From Styela clava (lineage: Eukaryota): a DNA stretch of 64,000 nt. The stretch spans positions 17,112,001-17,176,000 of the forward strand of contig NC_135257.1 of NCBI RefSeq assembly GCF_964204865.1, given 5' to 3'. The notes under the pieces were generated by a model. The model saw only the letters and a list, made by a program, of their open reading frames with translations. It made no database searches and was not told where the DNA came from. Positions 38,841 to 52,600 of this stretch are shown here, piece by piece (position 1 is the stretch's first letter; every line of letters starts with the position of its first letter). The translations under genes and the position numbers were made by a program.

Positions 38841-41814
38841 CTATTTTTCACAAATGACGCCGTGAAATTTGCTTGTAGGTGGATCGTTTCCCATTCCTTG
38901 TCTGCTGGATGATGGGTCAGTTTGAACGTGGATATACAAACCTGATTCTCCTGCGTTCGGAAATCCACCAGTCCACCACTTGACATACGACGCCCTTGTT
39001 CCGTCTCGCATGAGTACTGCATTCGTCTGTTTAATACAGATTTTAAAGTATGACAAATGATTTAATTTAGAAATCCTATCCATAAGATGTAATTTAACAT
39101 TAGAATCGTTCCAAATTCCAATAATAAAAAAAATTTAACATAAAATTTATTACATCGTGTTGCGGAAAATGTTCGTGGTAAGCTACTTACTGATATATCG
39201 ACTTGCATGCCTGTCCAGATAAACGTATCTGCCGATATTTTTCTGCGAATATCAGCCATCAGGTCGTTCAGATGTTGCTCGTTATAAACATTTGCAGGAA
39301 GCCCATTGTTTACTCCACAAATTCTTTTCGCTTCATCCACATTGATATCCTTAGATGAATGCACTACTGACCAGAAGCAATGACCTAGATATTGTACGGG
39401 ACAAAGTCCTGTAGAAAAACAATGCAAAATTTTCCGTTAAACTTTCCGTTTTTCTAGCATTGGAGACTTAAGAATAAATCAGGCAACGTCAACTACTAGA
39501 GTTTGGTCGCTTGAATGACATAACATGTGGATCCTAATACTGCTTTGGCCACTTATAATAACTCTACTAATTCTGTTCGTTTCACTTTTAGCTTAAGGTT
39601 TGTGATTTAGTTTTTAAATAAATTAAAAGTGTTAAACGTTTTCATACAGACAAATACAAATAAACACTAATATTATATTAAATCATTTATCTCTCTATAA
39701 CGCAGAAACTTGTTTATTTATAAGATCGTTCAATCTGTTAATGATAGTCTTTGTGCATATTTTATAATAAACGTTGATGATTGTCATTATAGGTTTATTT
39801 CTCTTGTGTTGATTACTGTTACGAAATAAATCCACAGATACTTCGTCAGAAATAGCTTTTTTTGATAGTTTACCTTGTAACTTCAGCTGCCTGTGAGGAT
39901 CGGAAACAGTTCTATTCATTTTTCGAATCATTTCTTCCATTTTATTTATTCTTCCAACCAATCCCGTGTTCACTTTATTGCATTCTGTAAAGTAAGATGA
40001 AATCTTTTACACGACCCAGCCTACTAACTAAACACATATTATATTGTAATTTAACCAGAAAACAAGTAGGCTACATGCGTATCAAAGAAATATAAAAGAC
40101 ATCGCTGGAGTGTGCATTCTAGTGGCAATAGAGCTGACATAATCTCAAGTTTAAGATACTGGTCACACCACATTCCAATAAAATGAGAGACATTTGTGCA
40201 AACTTTTGTTCAAAGAAAAGGCTCGAAAAACGTTTATCGGCACAAGCTGTATCATAGATTAACCGAAACTAGGCTTCGAAAATTGGGACTTGTCGTATTA
40301 TCCTAATTTCTATGATTTATTGATATTATTTCGAAAAAAATAAATAGAGGTTCCCATTGTTTTCATATTTGGCATAATTTCGACACAAAATTATGGAAAA
40401 ATACCGTAAACACGACTTCTCGACAACGTTAAATTATCAAACAATTTCAATGAATTTTTTATTCGAATTCGACTGCACTCTTGCCACACGATGAAGATGT
40501 CTGTTTGTTTGTTGTATACTGATAAAAGCAAATAATCTTAATTATAACCTGAATATTCCATTCAAAAAAGTTTTTTATTTTTTTTCTCTGGAACACCGGT
40601 TATCAGGCTTAGATTAGATTTTGTCCATATTATTCTGAAACTTACCGATTTCGACATTTTCTTGAATTGCTCGGTTTATTCTTCTATAATCAACTTCTCC
40701 GGACGATCCCTTTAATCCTGCTGGGCCAACATCGCCTTTGGCGCCTCGTTTTCCTGGTCTAGAAGAATACGGATTTCTGAAATATAAATGTAATCAACCA
40801 GTGTGAATCAACAGTAAATTTAGATTTTGTAAAATGCATTATGGCTAATTAAAGTAACCTATATTTCAATATATTATTTTATATTTCAGTAATTTTTTTA
40901 AAATTTTAGTTAGGGAAAGCAATAGAATATAATATATATATATAAATATCCTGGTATCGTCCGAAAATCGGTGTTTCCATAACGAGTCACGTATGTCAAG
41001 ACCTGTTTTATTTGTATTTTTATGCGGTGTTTTCATGTCTAAGATGATTTTCGCCGAACAAATAATCCTTTCTACGCAGACACGGAATGGTTTAGAAGAA
41101 TGGAAACAATTTATTGCACCTCTGGTGAGTTGGTGTATTGCAGGACATGGAAATTGAGATCCTATAGTTTTATCTCTCATGAATTTCGGTCGATTGGATT
41201 ACCGCTTATTAGACTGTAAGGCACTGAACCGCCCAAGGACTACTAGGCAGTGGTGGGATTCAGCCGGTTCCCACCGGTTCTATAGAACCGTCTCACGGAA
41301 TTTTATAAGATTAGAGAACCGGTTAGCATTACTGGTTTATTTGCTAAAAAAAAAGATGATTTTTGAAACAGAACCGGCTGAAAAATATGACTTTTGTGAT
41401 GGAACAGGCTGACAAAAAATTTGAATCCCACCACTGCTTCTAGGGTGTCTCTAGTCTAACTCTAAATCATTATAATCGCAACCATAATCATAAGATGGTA
41501 ACATATATCTTACCTTGTACGTTCAATCACAGATTCTTCTTCTTTGACATTTATGGCTTCCAGTTGTTCCAGTTAGCCCTTAGATTAGACTCTAGGACAC
41601 TGAACCATTCAGAAGGTACTACGATGTTTCAAACACAAATGATCACCATAATATTACAACTAATTCCTTACCTTGTTCTTCCAATCCAAGATTGTACTTC
41701 TTCGTTATGTATGTCTTCAAGTTGCATGCAGATGCGTTGTTGATTCACTCCATTTGCCATGCAAGCGACAAACAAGGCGAAGAAGAGCAGTTGAACAATT
41801 TTCATCGAAGCCAT
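38841..41814 (-). CDS. Secreted collectin-like protein (signal peptide, 7 Gly-X-Y, neck, CTLD; ~262 aa, 5 coding exons)
   Basis: GT-AG exons 41814-41672, 40776-40646, 39984-39874, 39408-39191, 39026-38841 (789 nt, open frame). Signal MASMKIVQLLFFALFVACMANG; collagen-like GKRGAKGDVGPAGLKGSSGEV; neck+CTLD identical to the gene at 13494. Confidence 0.9.
41248..41436. mobile_element. hAT MITE in collectin intron
   Basis: TIR CAGTGGTGGGATTCA / TGAATCCCACCACTG; TSD CTACTAGG / CTTCTAGG. Confidence 0.9.
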
Positions 41815-42606
41815 TTTTATTTGAAACTGCAAAAACAAAATCACGATTGTAATCATCTAAATTCTAAAATACAACACGCGTCGAAAAGCCTACCATTAAA
41901 AAGCCAAAACCTAATTGGATTTATATGAGAGTTTACTATACTAAGTTTACTATTCTGTAATTATTTGGACAATTTGTAACTTGAATAATTTAAATTTTGT
42001 ATGTAGCTGTTTTTTATTTAAAAAATGAGGAGCACAAAATTCTTTTCCTTGGGCAGTAGTTTGCCCATCCCTGTCGTATTATATTTCATTTGTGATGCCT
42101 CTGTCCGTCCTTTACAAAGGCGTCAAATTATTATATTATTATAATTAAAATGATAATAATCTATAATACATAAATAATCTAATACAGATTTTATCGCTTT
42201 CTTATCGTTTTCAAAACATAAAAGGCATTAATTAACTATGGTAAAAAGATTTTTTAAATAAAAATAGAGTTTTAATTTCTTTCATGAGTAATTGTTAGAG
42301 TTTTCCAATTTCAGGCAAACTGATTTATTGGGCCGTATTCAATTTTCCAACCTTTCAAACAGAAATATTCGGAAAAGAGTATAATTAAAATGATTGAAAA
42401 TAAAACAAATTTTACTTCTTATAATTAAAACCGCTGGAATTATTTAACACGTTAACCTGATTTAAAAACAGAGAAAAAAAATGAGGAATAGTTCCAACTT
42501 TAAAAGTAAATACCCCAATAATATTGAGGCGTTAACTTTTAGCCTGCTTTCTTGCCTCCAAAAAACAAACATGCAACTTCACAAATAGATATTACTGACA
42601 ATTTAC

Positions 42607-42710
42607 CTTTGATTTAGTTTGTCCTTGTTATCACTTGCCCCAGTTTATACCAATCTGCTTGCCGGATTTAGCAAATAATTTGCAATGTTTGTTATCGCGG
42701 CTTATATAAG
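42607..42710 (-). promoter_or_regulatory. Candidate TATA promoter and non-coding first exon of the collectin-like gene
   Basis: TATATAA at ~42702-42708; donor AG|GTAAAT at 42607/42606; matching acceptor tttttgcAG at ~41828, upstream of the ATG. Confidence 0.4.
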
Positions 42711-42965
42711 AGACGAAAGTTTTTCTTGTCGCTGAAATTTATTTTAACATTGATAAAGGTTTATGAGAGAGACAATTGTTTTGTGCGAAGCCTCTCGAAG
42801 TTAGTAAAAATGTTTTTAGATGAATGGGCCTACTGAAACGATCGTTCCGCCATACTTAAAACAGTTGGTAACATGCAAGGTAATGCGATGGACAAAAAGA
42901 GTGACTACGAGTTGTGAGTCAGCGCGGATTCGTATTTTCTAACTACCCAAATTTCTAGAGTTTGG

Positions 42966-43247
42966 AACTAGATAGCGATCGCAGACCGCCGACTTATCAA
43001 TCTTGCGGTTTCGATTCCTTCGCTCTGACTCAATAGTGACACCGCGTCTCCCATCACTAATTAATTAATAACTTGATATATTTATAACACATCCATCCCA
43101 ATCAATAGGCTTCTGGTCCGAGGTATTATAAATGCACATGCAAAATTTGGAGCAGATTCAACCTCGCTTCCGTGAGATATCGCGTAACATACGAAAGTGA
43201 AACAAAAATACCTATTAACATACTTAGCGATCGAGATCGATAAGTAA
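42966..43247 (-). mobile_element. HINE/DINE-1-like element, third copy
   Basis: Reverse complement of the core at 10420-10510 and 15170-15260, ending ATCGATAAGTAA. Confidence 0.75.
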
Positions 43248-43629
43248 TGATTCAAACTACATATTATCCATTGCATCCATGCAATAACATCGGTGGCGAC
43301 TCATGTCGACTGTTGCATAATGTATTTGAATATACAGTAACTGATGCAAAGGAAAAGCTATAGGAAAACCCGTTCAAGAATATTTCTGAATAAGATAACA
43401 TATTTCAATACGTCATGTCACGGTTAAGTTGACAAATCTGTGCATGAATAATTAATTGTTTTTTTATTACTTAGTTTAAAAGCGAAATGTCTATAAAATT
43501 CAGAGGATTTTAGTAGAGCTGTTTTCGAGTTTTCGTTCAGAGTTCAAATTTTCTCTGAAGAACATCGTAAAACATTGAAATTTTTCATATCAGTAAGGCA
43601 ATTGAAATGACAAATGTTCGCGTAAAAGA

Positions 43630-46600
43630 TTAAGGAGGTTTAGATTCCCAAGATAAAAAAAAACCTGGTGTATATAAAACCGGAAAAATTCAAGGAGTTT
43701 TGTTTTCTAGTTTTTGACAAATCTTATTATGAGAAAGTTGTGCGATATCAATTAACAACATGATAAACAAAATTCCATATTTTTACGCACAAAGTTTCCT
43801 AAAGTTTCTCAATTTAAACTTGACTACGTGAGGAATCTATCTTATCCAAGTATACATCGTACTTATATCAATATTTGCTGATATTTTTATTACCGGATGG
43901 CAAGCTAGCAACGCAGTGGTATTGCATGTTTTGACTTGAATTGAAATTAACAATAACAATCTATTCAATTTTAAAATTTGAAATTGCCTCGCGCTGGATT
44001 GCAGATCGACTTTTGACAAAACAAATAAGGTGCTCCAGAAGCATGCGTACCAAGATGTCGCACAACCTGAATCCTAACAGGTACACACATACTATGTTCA
44101 GGTTGTGCGCCATCTTGATGCGCATACTTCTGGAGGTCCACAAATAAATATGACACCTGAAAGCAAGGCACATGTAGACATAATTGTATCGAAAATATTG
44201 ATTTTTTCTAAATAATAGTCAAAGCATTAGCGCTTCACAAGACAAAAGCCAACAGTTCATAATTTCTTTACAATACTTCTCCAAATTTTTATCGTGAGAA
44301 AATTTGAAATTATTTAGAAATACTCTAATTTGAAAATACATTTCCACATCATATATTTGCTGATACATTTTGAATTTTTAAAGCAGTAAAACAATAATCG
44401 AAGAAATAAAATAAATGATATTTGTACAGAAAATGTTAACGAATTTCAAGGAATTCATAGTGTCTTCTGTCTTTATAAATAAATTTATCTCTTTTCGGTT
44501 CATTCTTCCTTCTACAAATATAAACACCAAGTGTAAGTTGGATCAAACAAGATCACGAGTTTTTTTTTCGTAACAGATTTCTGGTGATAAAGACGCGGCC
44601 TTTAATATGATTAAATGAAGGTATATCGTTACAATGTGGATGCAACGAATAGCCTGGAATTTGAACCCCTTGAGGTCACACTGACGTGAATACAATGCAT
44701 TGTTCGCAGAGAAAATGTGAAATTGTAGCTCCGTGGTCATCTGTTGTTCGTCGTGAAAAAAATCAAAGTTCTTTTAGTCATACCTTTTTTATGCGTTCAA
44801 TCTTATCAATACAAAAATTCTAACATACGGAAGTTACGTGGAACAGGACCATAGGCAAGCAGCCAAAGTTTGAAACCGTTTCTTAATGACAAAGATTAAA
44901 TTTTCAGATTTTCAGCTCATATTAACTTAAAGTTATATTTTGATCGGAAATGTTTAACCATTTCCGTTTGATAAATTACTAACACAAGTTTGAGTGTTAT
45001 ATAATCTATATCAAATGTTAAAAAAAATCTCAAAAGATATTAGGATGGATGTTTTGACTTCCCTGACAAGATAGATTATTCGGCACTCTCGAAGTATGTG
45101 TACCAAAGTGGCGCACAACCTGAACCCCAACCTGGTACATATACTATGTTCAGGTTGTGCGCCATCTTAGTGCACATACTTTTTGGGGTCCGATTATTCT
45201 TGTAGTCAAGTATAATGTTGCTATTTGGTCAAGCATAATATATTGCAATGTACTCCAGAGTTTTGCCATCTCTGGCGCAATTTTCAATTGCATGCTTCTG
45301 GTAGAACAGACAGGTTCTTGACATGATATTTTTTGGATTTGTTGTTGTAAAGTAGAAGCAACGGATAACGTGGAATTTGAATCTTTTGAGACCACACTGA
45401 CGTAAATACAATGCATTGTTTGCCGAGAAACTGTGAAATTTTAGCTTCGTAGTCATCTGTTGTTGATTGTGAATAAAATCAAAGTTCTTTCAGTCTTACA
45501 TTTGTTTCATTTTGAAAAGTATTTCGAAAACATTACTCAAAAAAGCACTGTTCATTTTTTTAAAAAGTTGTGTTTAAATAAAGGTCATGTGATACGCAAA
45601 ATACCTTACCGAATATTCGACCTAATTTTATTTTATATATTTCCCTTCCTCCAAGCTTTCTGAAACATAACATAAGATAATAAAAAAAAACTGGTGTATA
45701 GAAAATCGGAAGAATTCAATAAGTTTTGTTTTCTAGTTTTTGACAAATCTTATTATGAGAAAGTTGTGCAATATCAATTAACAACATGATGAACAAAATT
45801 CCAGTTTTTTACGCACGAGGCTTCCCAATTTAAACTTACGTGAGGAAGCTACCCTGTCCAAGTATACATCGTACTTGTATCGATATTTTCTGAAATTTAT
45901 TTTATCGGATGTCAAGCTAGCAACGCCGTGGCATTGAATGTTTTGACTTGAATTGAAATTAACAATAACAATCTATTCAATTTTAAAATTTAAAATTGCC
46001 TCGCTCTGGATTGCAGATCGACTTTTGACAAAGCAAATAAATACGACACCTGAAGGCAAGGCACATGTAGTCAAAATTGTATCAAAAATATTGATATTTT
46101 TTAAATAATAGTCAAAGCCTTTGCGCTTCACAAGACAAAAGCCAACAGTTAATAATTTCTTTACAATACTTCTCTAAATTTTTATCGTGAGAAAATTTGA
46201 AGATTGATTTCGGTTTTCTATTCAAACATATTTAGAAATCCTTCAATTTAAAAATACATTTCCACATCATATATTTGCTGATACATTTTGAATTTCTAAA
46301 GCTGTAGAACAATAATCGAAGGAATATGATAAATGATATTTGTACAGAATTGTTAACGAATTTCAAAACCCTATTTCTCGAGGAAGAAAATTTTTTGTTT
46401 ACAAAAAGGTTTGACGCTCCAAAAGTATGTACACCAAGATGGCGCACAACCTTAACATAGTATGTGTACCAGGTCGGGGTTATCAGGCTGTGCGCCATCT
46501 TGGTGCACATACTTTGGGAGCACCAAAGGGGTACCTTGTGCTATGTAAAACCAAACTAACATTTTCATAAATATTCAACTATCTTTGTGGAGAGCACTTT

Positions 46601-49600
46601 ATTCAAAAAGAGTTCGCTTTATAATTACATACGAGACGGCAGTGCCCAACTTGCTCTTGTTGTTGATCTGGAGTGGAGAAATGAACCGGAAAGAGCCAGC
46701 TTTAAAATAACGCATTTAAAATTCATTGTATGTCTATCATGCTTGGATAACTTACAACTCCTGAATCGATATCTTCCATTTTATATCTTGTCAAGGAATT
46801 CATAGTGTCTATCTTTATAATTAAATTTATCTTATTTTTTACAAACCCTTTTCAGCTCATTTCTTTTCTACAAAGACAAACATCAAGTGTAAGTTGAATC
46901 AAACAAGATCACGAGTTTTCTTCCGTAACAGATTTCTTGTGGTAAAGACGCGGCATTTAATATGAATAAATGAAGGTATATCGTTACAATGTAAATGCAA
47001 CGGATAGCCTGGAATTCAAACCTCTTGAGGTCACACTGACGTGAATACAATGCATTGTAAGAAAGAAAGAGGTGAAGAAGAAGAAATAAAGTTACATTTT
47101 GGTCGGACATGTTTAGTGACCGCAAATAACAATTCCCGTTAAATAATCCACTAACACAAGTTTGAGTGTTATATACTCTGCAGTATATCGAATGTTGATA
47201 AAAATCTCAAAAGATATTAGAATGAATGCTATTCATTCCCGGACAAGATAGGTTATTCTTGTAGTCAAGTATGATGTTGCTATTTGGCCAAGCATAATAT
47301 ATTGCAATGTACTTCATAGTTTTTCCATCTCTTGCGCAATTTTCAACTGCATGCTTCTGGTGGAACAGACACGTTCTTGACATGATATTTTACATATTTG
47401 TTGTTATAAAGTAGAAGCAACAAATAACGTAGAATTTAAAACTTTTGAGGCCACGCTGACGTAAATACAACGCATTGTTTGCGGAGAAACTGTGAAATTT
47501 TAGCTTCGTAGTCATCTGATGTTGATTGTGAATAAAATCAAAGTTCTTTCAGTCTTACATTTGTTTCATTTTGAAAAGTATTTCGAAAAGATGACCCAAA
47601 AAAGCACGGTTTTTTTTTTAAGAAAGTTGTGTTTAAATAAAGGTCATGTGATACGCAAAATACTTAACCGAATATTCGACTAATTTTTATATATTTCCCT
47701 TCCTCCAAGCTTTCTGAAACATAACATAAGATAATAATAAAAAAAACTGGTGTATAGAAAATCGGAAGAATTCAAGGAGTTTGTTTTCTAGTTTTTGACA
47801 AATCTTATTATGAGAAAGTTGTGCGATATCAATTAACAACATGATAAACAAAATTCCAGTTTTTTACGCACGAAGCTTCCCAATTTAAACTTACGTGAGG
47901 AAGCTACCCTGTCCAAGTATACATCGTACTTATATCGATATTTTCTGAAATTTATTTTATCAGATGCCACGATAGCAACGCCGTGGTATTGAATGTTTCG
48001 ACTTGAATTGAAATTAACAATAACAATCTATTCAATTTTAAAATTTGAAATTGCCTCGCTCTGGATTGCAGATCGACTTCTGACAAAACAAATAAATACG
48101 ACACCTGAAAGCAAGGCACATGTAGACAAAATTGTATCAAAAATATTGATATTTTTTAAATAATAGTCAAAGCATTTGCGCTTCACAAGACAAAAGCCAA
48201 CAGTTAATAATTTCTTTACAATACCTCTCTAAATTTTTATCGTGGGAAAATTTGAAGTTTGATTTCAGTTTTCTATTCAAACATATTTAGAAATCCTTCA
48301 ATTTAAAATACATTTCCACATCATATATTTGCTGATACATTTTGAATTTTTAAAGCAGTAGAACAATAATCGAAGGAATATGATAAATGATATTTGTACA
48401 GAATTGTTAACGAATTTCAAAACCCTATTTCTCGAGGAAGAAAAATTTTTGTTCACAAAAAGGTTTGGCGCTCCAAAAGTGTGTACATCAAAATGGCGCA
48501 CAACCTGAAAATAGTATGTGTACCAGGTAAGGGTTATTAGGTTGTGTGTCAACTTGGTGCACATACTTCAAGAGCACCAAAGGTTGTGCTATGTAAAAAC
48601 AAATTAACATTTTCATAAATATTTAAATATCTTTGTGAAGAGCACTTTATTCAAAAAGAGTTCGCTTTACAATTACACACGAGACGGCAGTGCGCAACTT
48701 GCTCTTGTTGTTGATCTTGAGTGAAGAAATAAACCGGAAAGAGCCAGCTTTAAAATAACGCATTTAAAATTCATTGTATGTCTATCATGATTGGACAACT
48801 TACAACTTCTGAATCGATTTCTTACATTTTATTTGGTGCACCAAGATGGCGCACAACCTGAACTCTAACCTGGTATACACACACTATGTTCAGGTTGTGC
48901 GCCATCTTGGTGCACATACTTCTAGAGGTCCTATTTTATACATTGTCTATCTTTATAATTACATTTATCTTAATTTTTTACAAACCCTTTTTGGTTCATT
49001 CTTCCTTCTACAAATATAAACACCAAGTGTAAGTTGAATCAAACAAGATCACGAGTTTTCTTTCGTAACAGATTTCTGGTGATAAAGACGCGGCCTTTAA
49101 TATGATTAAATGAAGGTATATCGTTACAATGTAGATGCAACGGATAGCCTGGAATTTAAACCCCTTGAGGTAACACTGGCGTGAATACAATGCATTGTTC
49201 GCAGAGAAAATGTGAAATTGTAGCTCCGTGGTCATCTGTTGTTCGTCGTGAAAAAAATCAAAGTTCTTTTAGTCATACCTTTTTTATGCGTTCAATCTTA
49301 TCAATACAAAAATTCTAACATACGGAAGTTACGTGTAACAGGACCATAGGCAAGCAGCCAAAGTTTGAAACCCTTTCTTAATGACGAAGATTAAATTTTC
49401 AGATCTTCAGCTCATATTAACTTGAAGTTATATTTTGATCGGAAATGTTTATCCATTTCCGTTTGATAATTTACTAACACAAGTTTGAGTGTTATATAAT
49501 CTATATCAAATGTTAAAAAAAATCTCAGAAGATATTAGAATGGATGTTTTGACTTCCCTGACAAGATAGATTATTCGGCACTCTCGAAGTATGTGTACCA

Positions 49601-52600
49601 AAGTGGCGCACAACCTGAACCCCAACCTGGTACACATACTATGTTCAGGTTGTGCGCCATCTTAGTGCACATACTTTATGGGGTCCGATTATTCTTGTAG
49701 TCAAGTATAATGTTGCTATTTGGTCAGGCATAATATATTGCAATGTACTCCAGAGTTTTGCTATCTCTGGCGCAATTTTCAATTGCATGCTTCTGGTAGA
49801 ACAGACAGGTTCTTGACATGATATTTTATGGATTTGTTGTTGTAAAGTAGAAGCAACGGATAACGTGGAATTTGAATCTTTTGAGACCACACTGGCGTGA
49901 ATACAATGCATTGTTTGCCGAGAAATTGTGAAATTTTAGCTTCGTAGTCATCTGTTGTTGATTGTGAATAAAATCAAAGTTCTTTCAGTCTTACATTTGT
50001 TTCATTTTGAAAAGTATTTCGAAAAGATTACTTAAAAAAGCACTGTTCATTTTTTTAAAAAGTTGTGTTTAAATAAAGGTCATGTGATACGCAAAATACT
50101 TTACCGAATATTCGACCTAATTTTATTTTATATATTTCCCTTCCTCCAGCCTTTCTGAAACATAATATAAAATAATAATAAAAAAACTGGTGTATAGAAA
50201 ATCGGAAGAATTCAATAAGTTTTGTTTTCTAGTTTTTGACAAATCTTATTATGAGAAAGTTGTGCAATATCAATTAACAACATGATAAACAAATTTCCAG
50301 TTTTTTACGCACGAAGCTTCCCAATTTAAACTTACGTGAGGAAGCTACCGTGTCCAAGTATACATCGTACTTATATCAATATTTGCTGATATTTTTATTA
50401 TCGGATGTCAAGCTAGCAACGCAATGGTATGGAATGTTTTGACTTGAATTGAAATTAACAATAACAATCTATTCAATTTTAAAATTTGAAATTGCCTTGC
50501 TCTGGATTGCAGATCGACTTTTGACAAAGCAAATAAATACGACACCTGAAGGCAAGGCACATGTAGTCAAAATTGTATCAAAAATATTGATATTTTTTAA
50601 ATAATAGTCAAAGCCTTTGCGCTTCACAAGACAAAAGCCAACAGTTAATAATTTCTTTACAATACTTCTCTAAATTTTTATCGTGAGAAAATTTGAAGTT
50701 TGATTTCAGTTTCTATTCAAACATATTTAGAAATCCTTCAATTTAAAAATACATTTCCACATCATATATTTGCTGATACATTTTGAATTTTTAAAGCAGT
50801 AGGACAATAATCGAAGGAATATCATAAATGATATTTGTACAGAATTGTTGACAAATTTCAAAACCCTATTTCTCGAGGAAGAAAAATTTTTGTTCACAAA
50901 AAGGTTTGGCGCTCCAAAAGTATGTACACCAAGATGGCGCACAACCTTAACATAGTATGTGTACCAGGTCGGGGTTATCAGGCTGTGCGTCATCTTGGTG
51001 CACATACTTTGGGAGCACCAAAGGGGTACCTTGTGCTATGTAAAACCAAACTAACATTTTGATGAATATTCAACTATCTTTGTGGAGAGCACTTTATTCA
51101 AAAAGAGTTCGCTTTATAATTACATACGAGACGGCAGTGCCCAACTTGCTCTTGTTGTTGATCTGGAGTGGAGAAATGAACCGGAAAGAGCCAGCTTTAA
51201 AATAACGCATTTAAAATTCATTGTATGTCTATCATGCTTGGATAACTTACAACTCCTGAATCGATATCTTCCATTTTATATCTTGTCAAGGAATTCATAG
51301 TGTCTATCTTTATAATTAAATTTATCTTATTTTTTACAAACCCTTTTCAGTTCATTTCTCTTTCTACAAAGACAAACATCAAGTGTAAGTTGAATCAAAC
51401 AAGATCACGAATTTTCTTCCGTAACAGATTTCTTGTGGTAAAGACGCGGCATTTAATATGAATAAATGAAGGTATATCGTTACAATGTAAATGCAACGGA
51501 TAGCCTGGAATTCAAACCTCCTGAGGTCACACTGACGTGAATACAATGCATTGTAAGAAAGAAAGAGGTGAAGAAGAAGAAAAAAAATTACATTTTGGTC
51601 GGACATGTTTAGTGACCGCAAATAACAATTCCCGTTAAATAATTCACTAACACAAGTTTGAGTGTTATATACTCTGCAGTATATCGAATGTTGAAAAAAA
51701 TCTCAAAAAATATTAGAATGAATGCTATTCATTCACGGACAAGATAGGTTATTCTTGTAGTCAAGTATGATGTTGCTATTTGGCCAAGCATAATATATTG
51801 CAATGTACTTCATAGTTTTTCCATCTCTTGCGCAATTTTCAACTGCATGCTTCTGGTGGAACAGACACGTTCTTGACATGATATTTTACATATTTGTTGT
51901 TATAAAGTAGAAGCAACGAATAACGTAGAATTTAAAACTTTTGAGGCCACACTGACGTAAATACAACGCATTGTTTGCGGAGAAACTGTGAAATTCTAAC
52001 TTCGTAGTCATCTGTTGTTGATTGTGAATAAAATCAAAGTTCTTTCAGTCTTATATTTGTTTCATTTTGAAAAGTATTTCGAAAAGATGACCCAAAAAAG
52101 CACTGTTTTTTTTTTTTAAGAAAGTTGTGTTTAAATAAAGGTCATGTGATACGCAAAATACTTAACCGAATATTCGACTAATTTTATTTTATATATTTCC
52201 CTTCCTCCAAGCTTTCTGAAACATAACATAAGATAATAAAAAAAACTGGTATATAGAAAATCGGAAAAATTCAAGGAGTTTTGTTTTCTAGTTTTTGACA
52301 AAATTATTATGAGAAAAGTGTGCGATATCAATTAACAACATGATGAACAAAACTCCAGTTTTTTACGCACGAAGCTTCCCAATTTAAACTTGACTACGTG
52401 AGAAATCTATCCTGTCCAAGTATACATCGTACTTATATCAATATTTGCTGATATGTTTATTATCGGATGTCAAGCTAGCAACGCAATGGTCTGAAATATT
52501 TTGACTTGAATTGAAATTAACAATAACAATCTATTCACTTTTAAAATTTGAAATTGCCTAGCGCTGGATTGCAGATCGACTTTTGAGAAAGCAAATAAAT

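Larger units (their letters stand above)
20551..40313. repeat. Segmental duplication, copy 2, interrupted by the 13.4 kb TIR element
   Basis: 20551-20978 matches 7940-8358; 34420-40313 matches 8360-14965. Confidence 0.93.
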
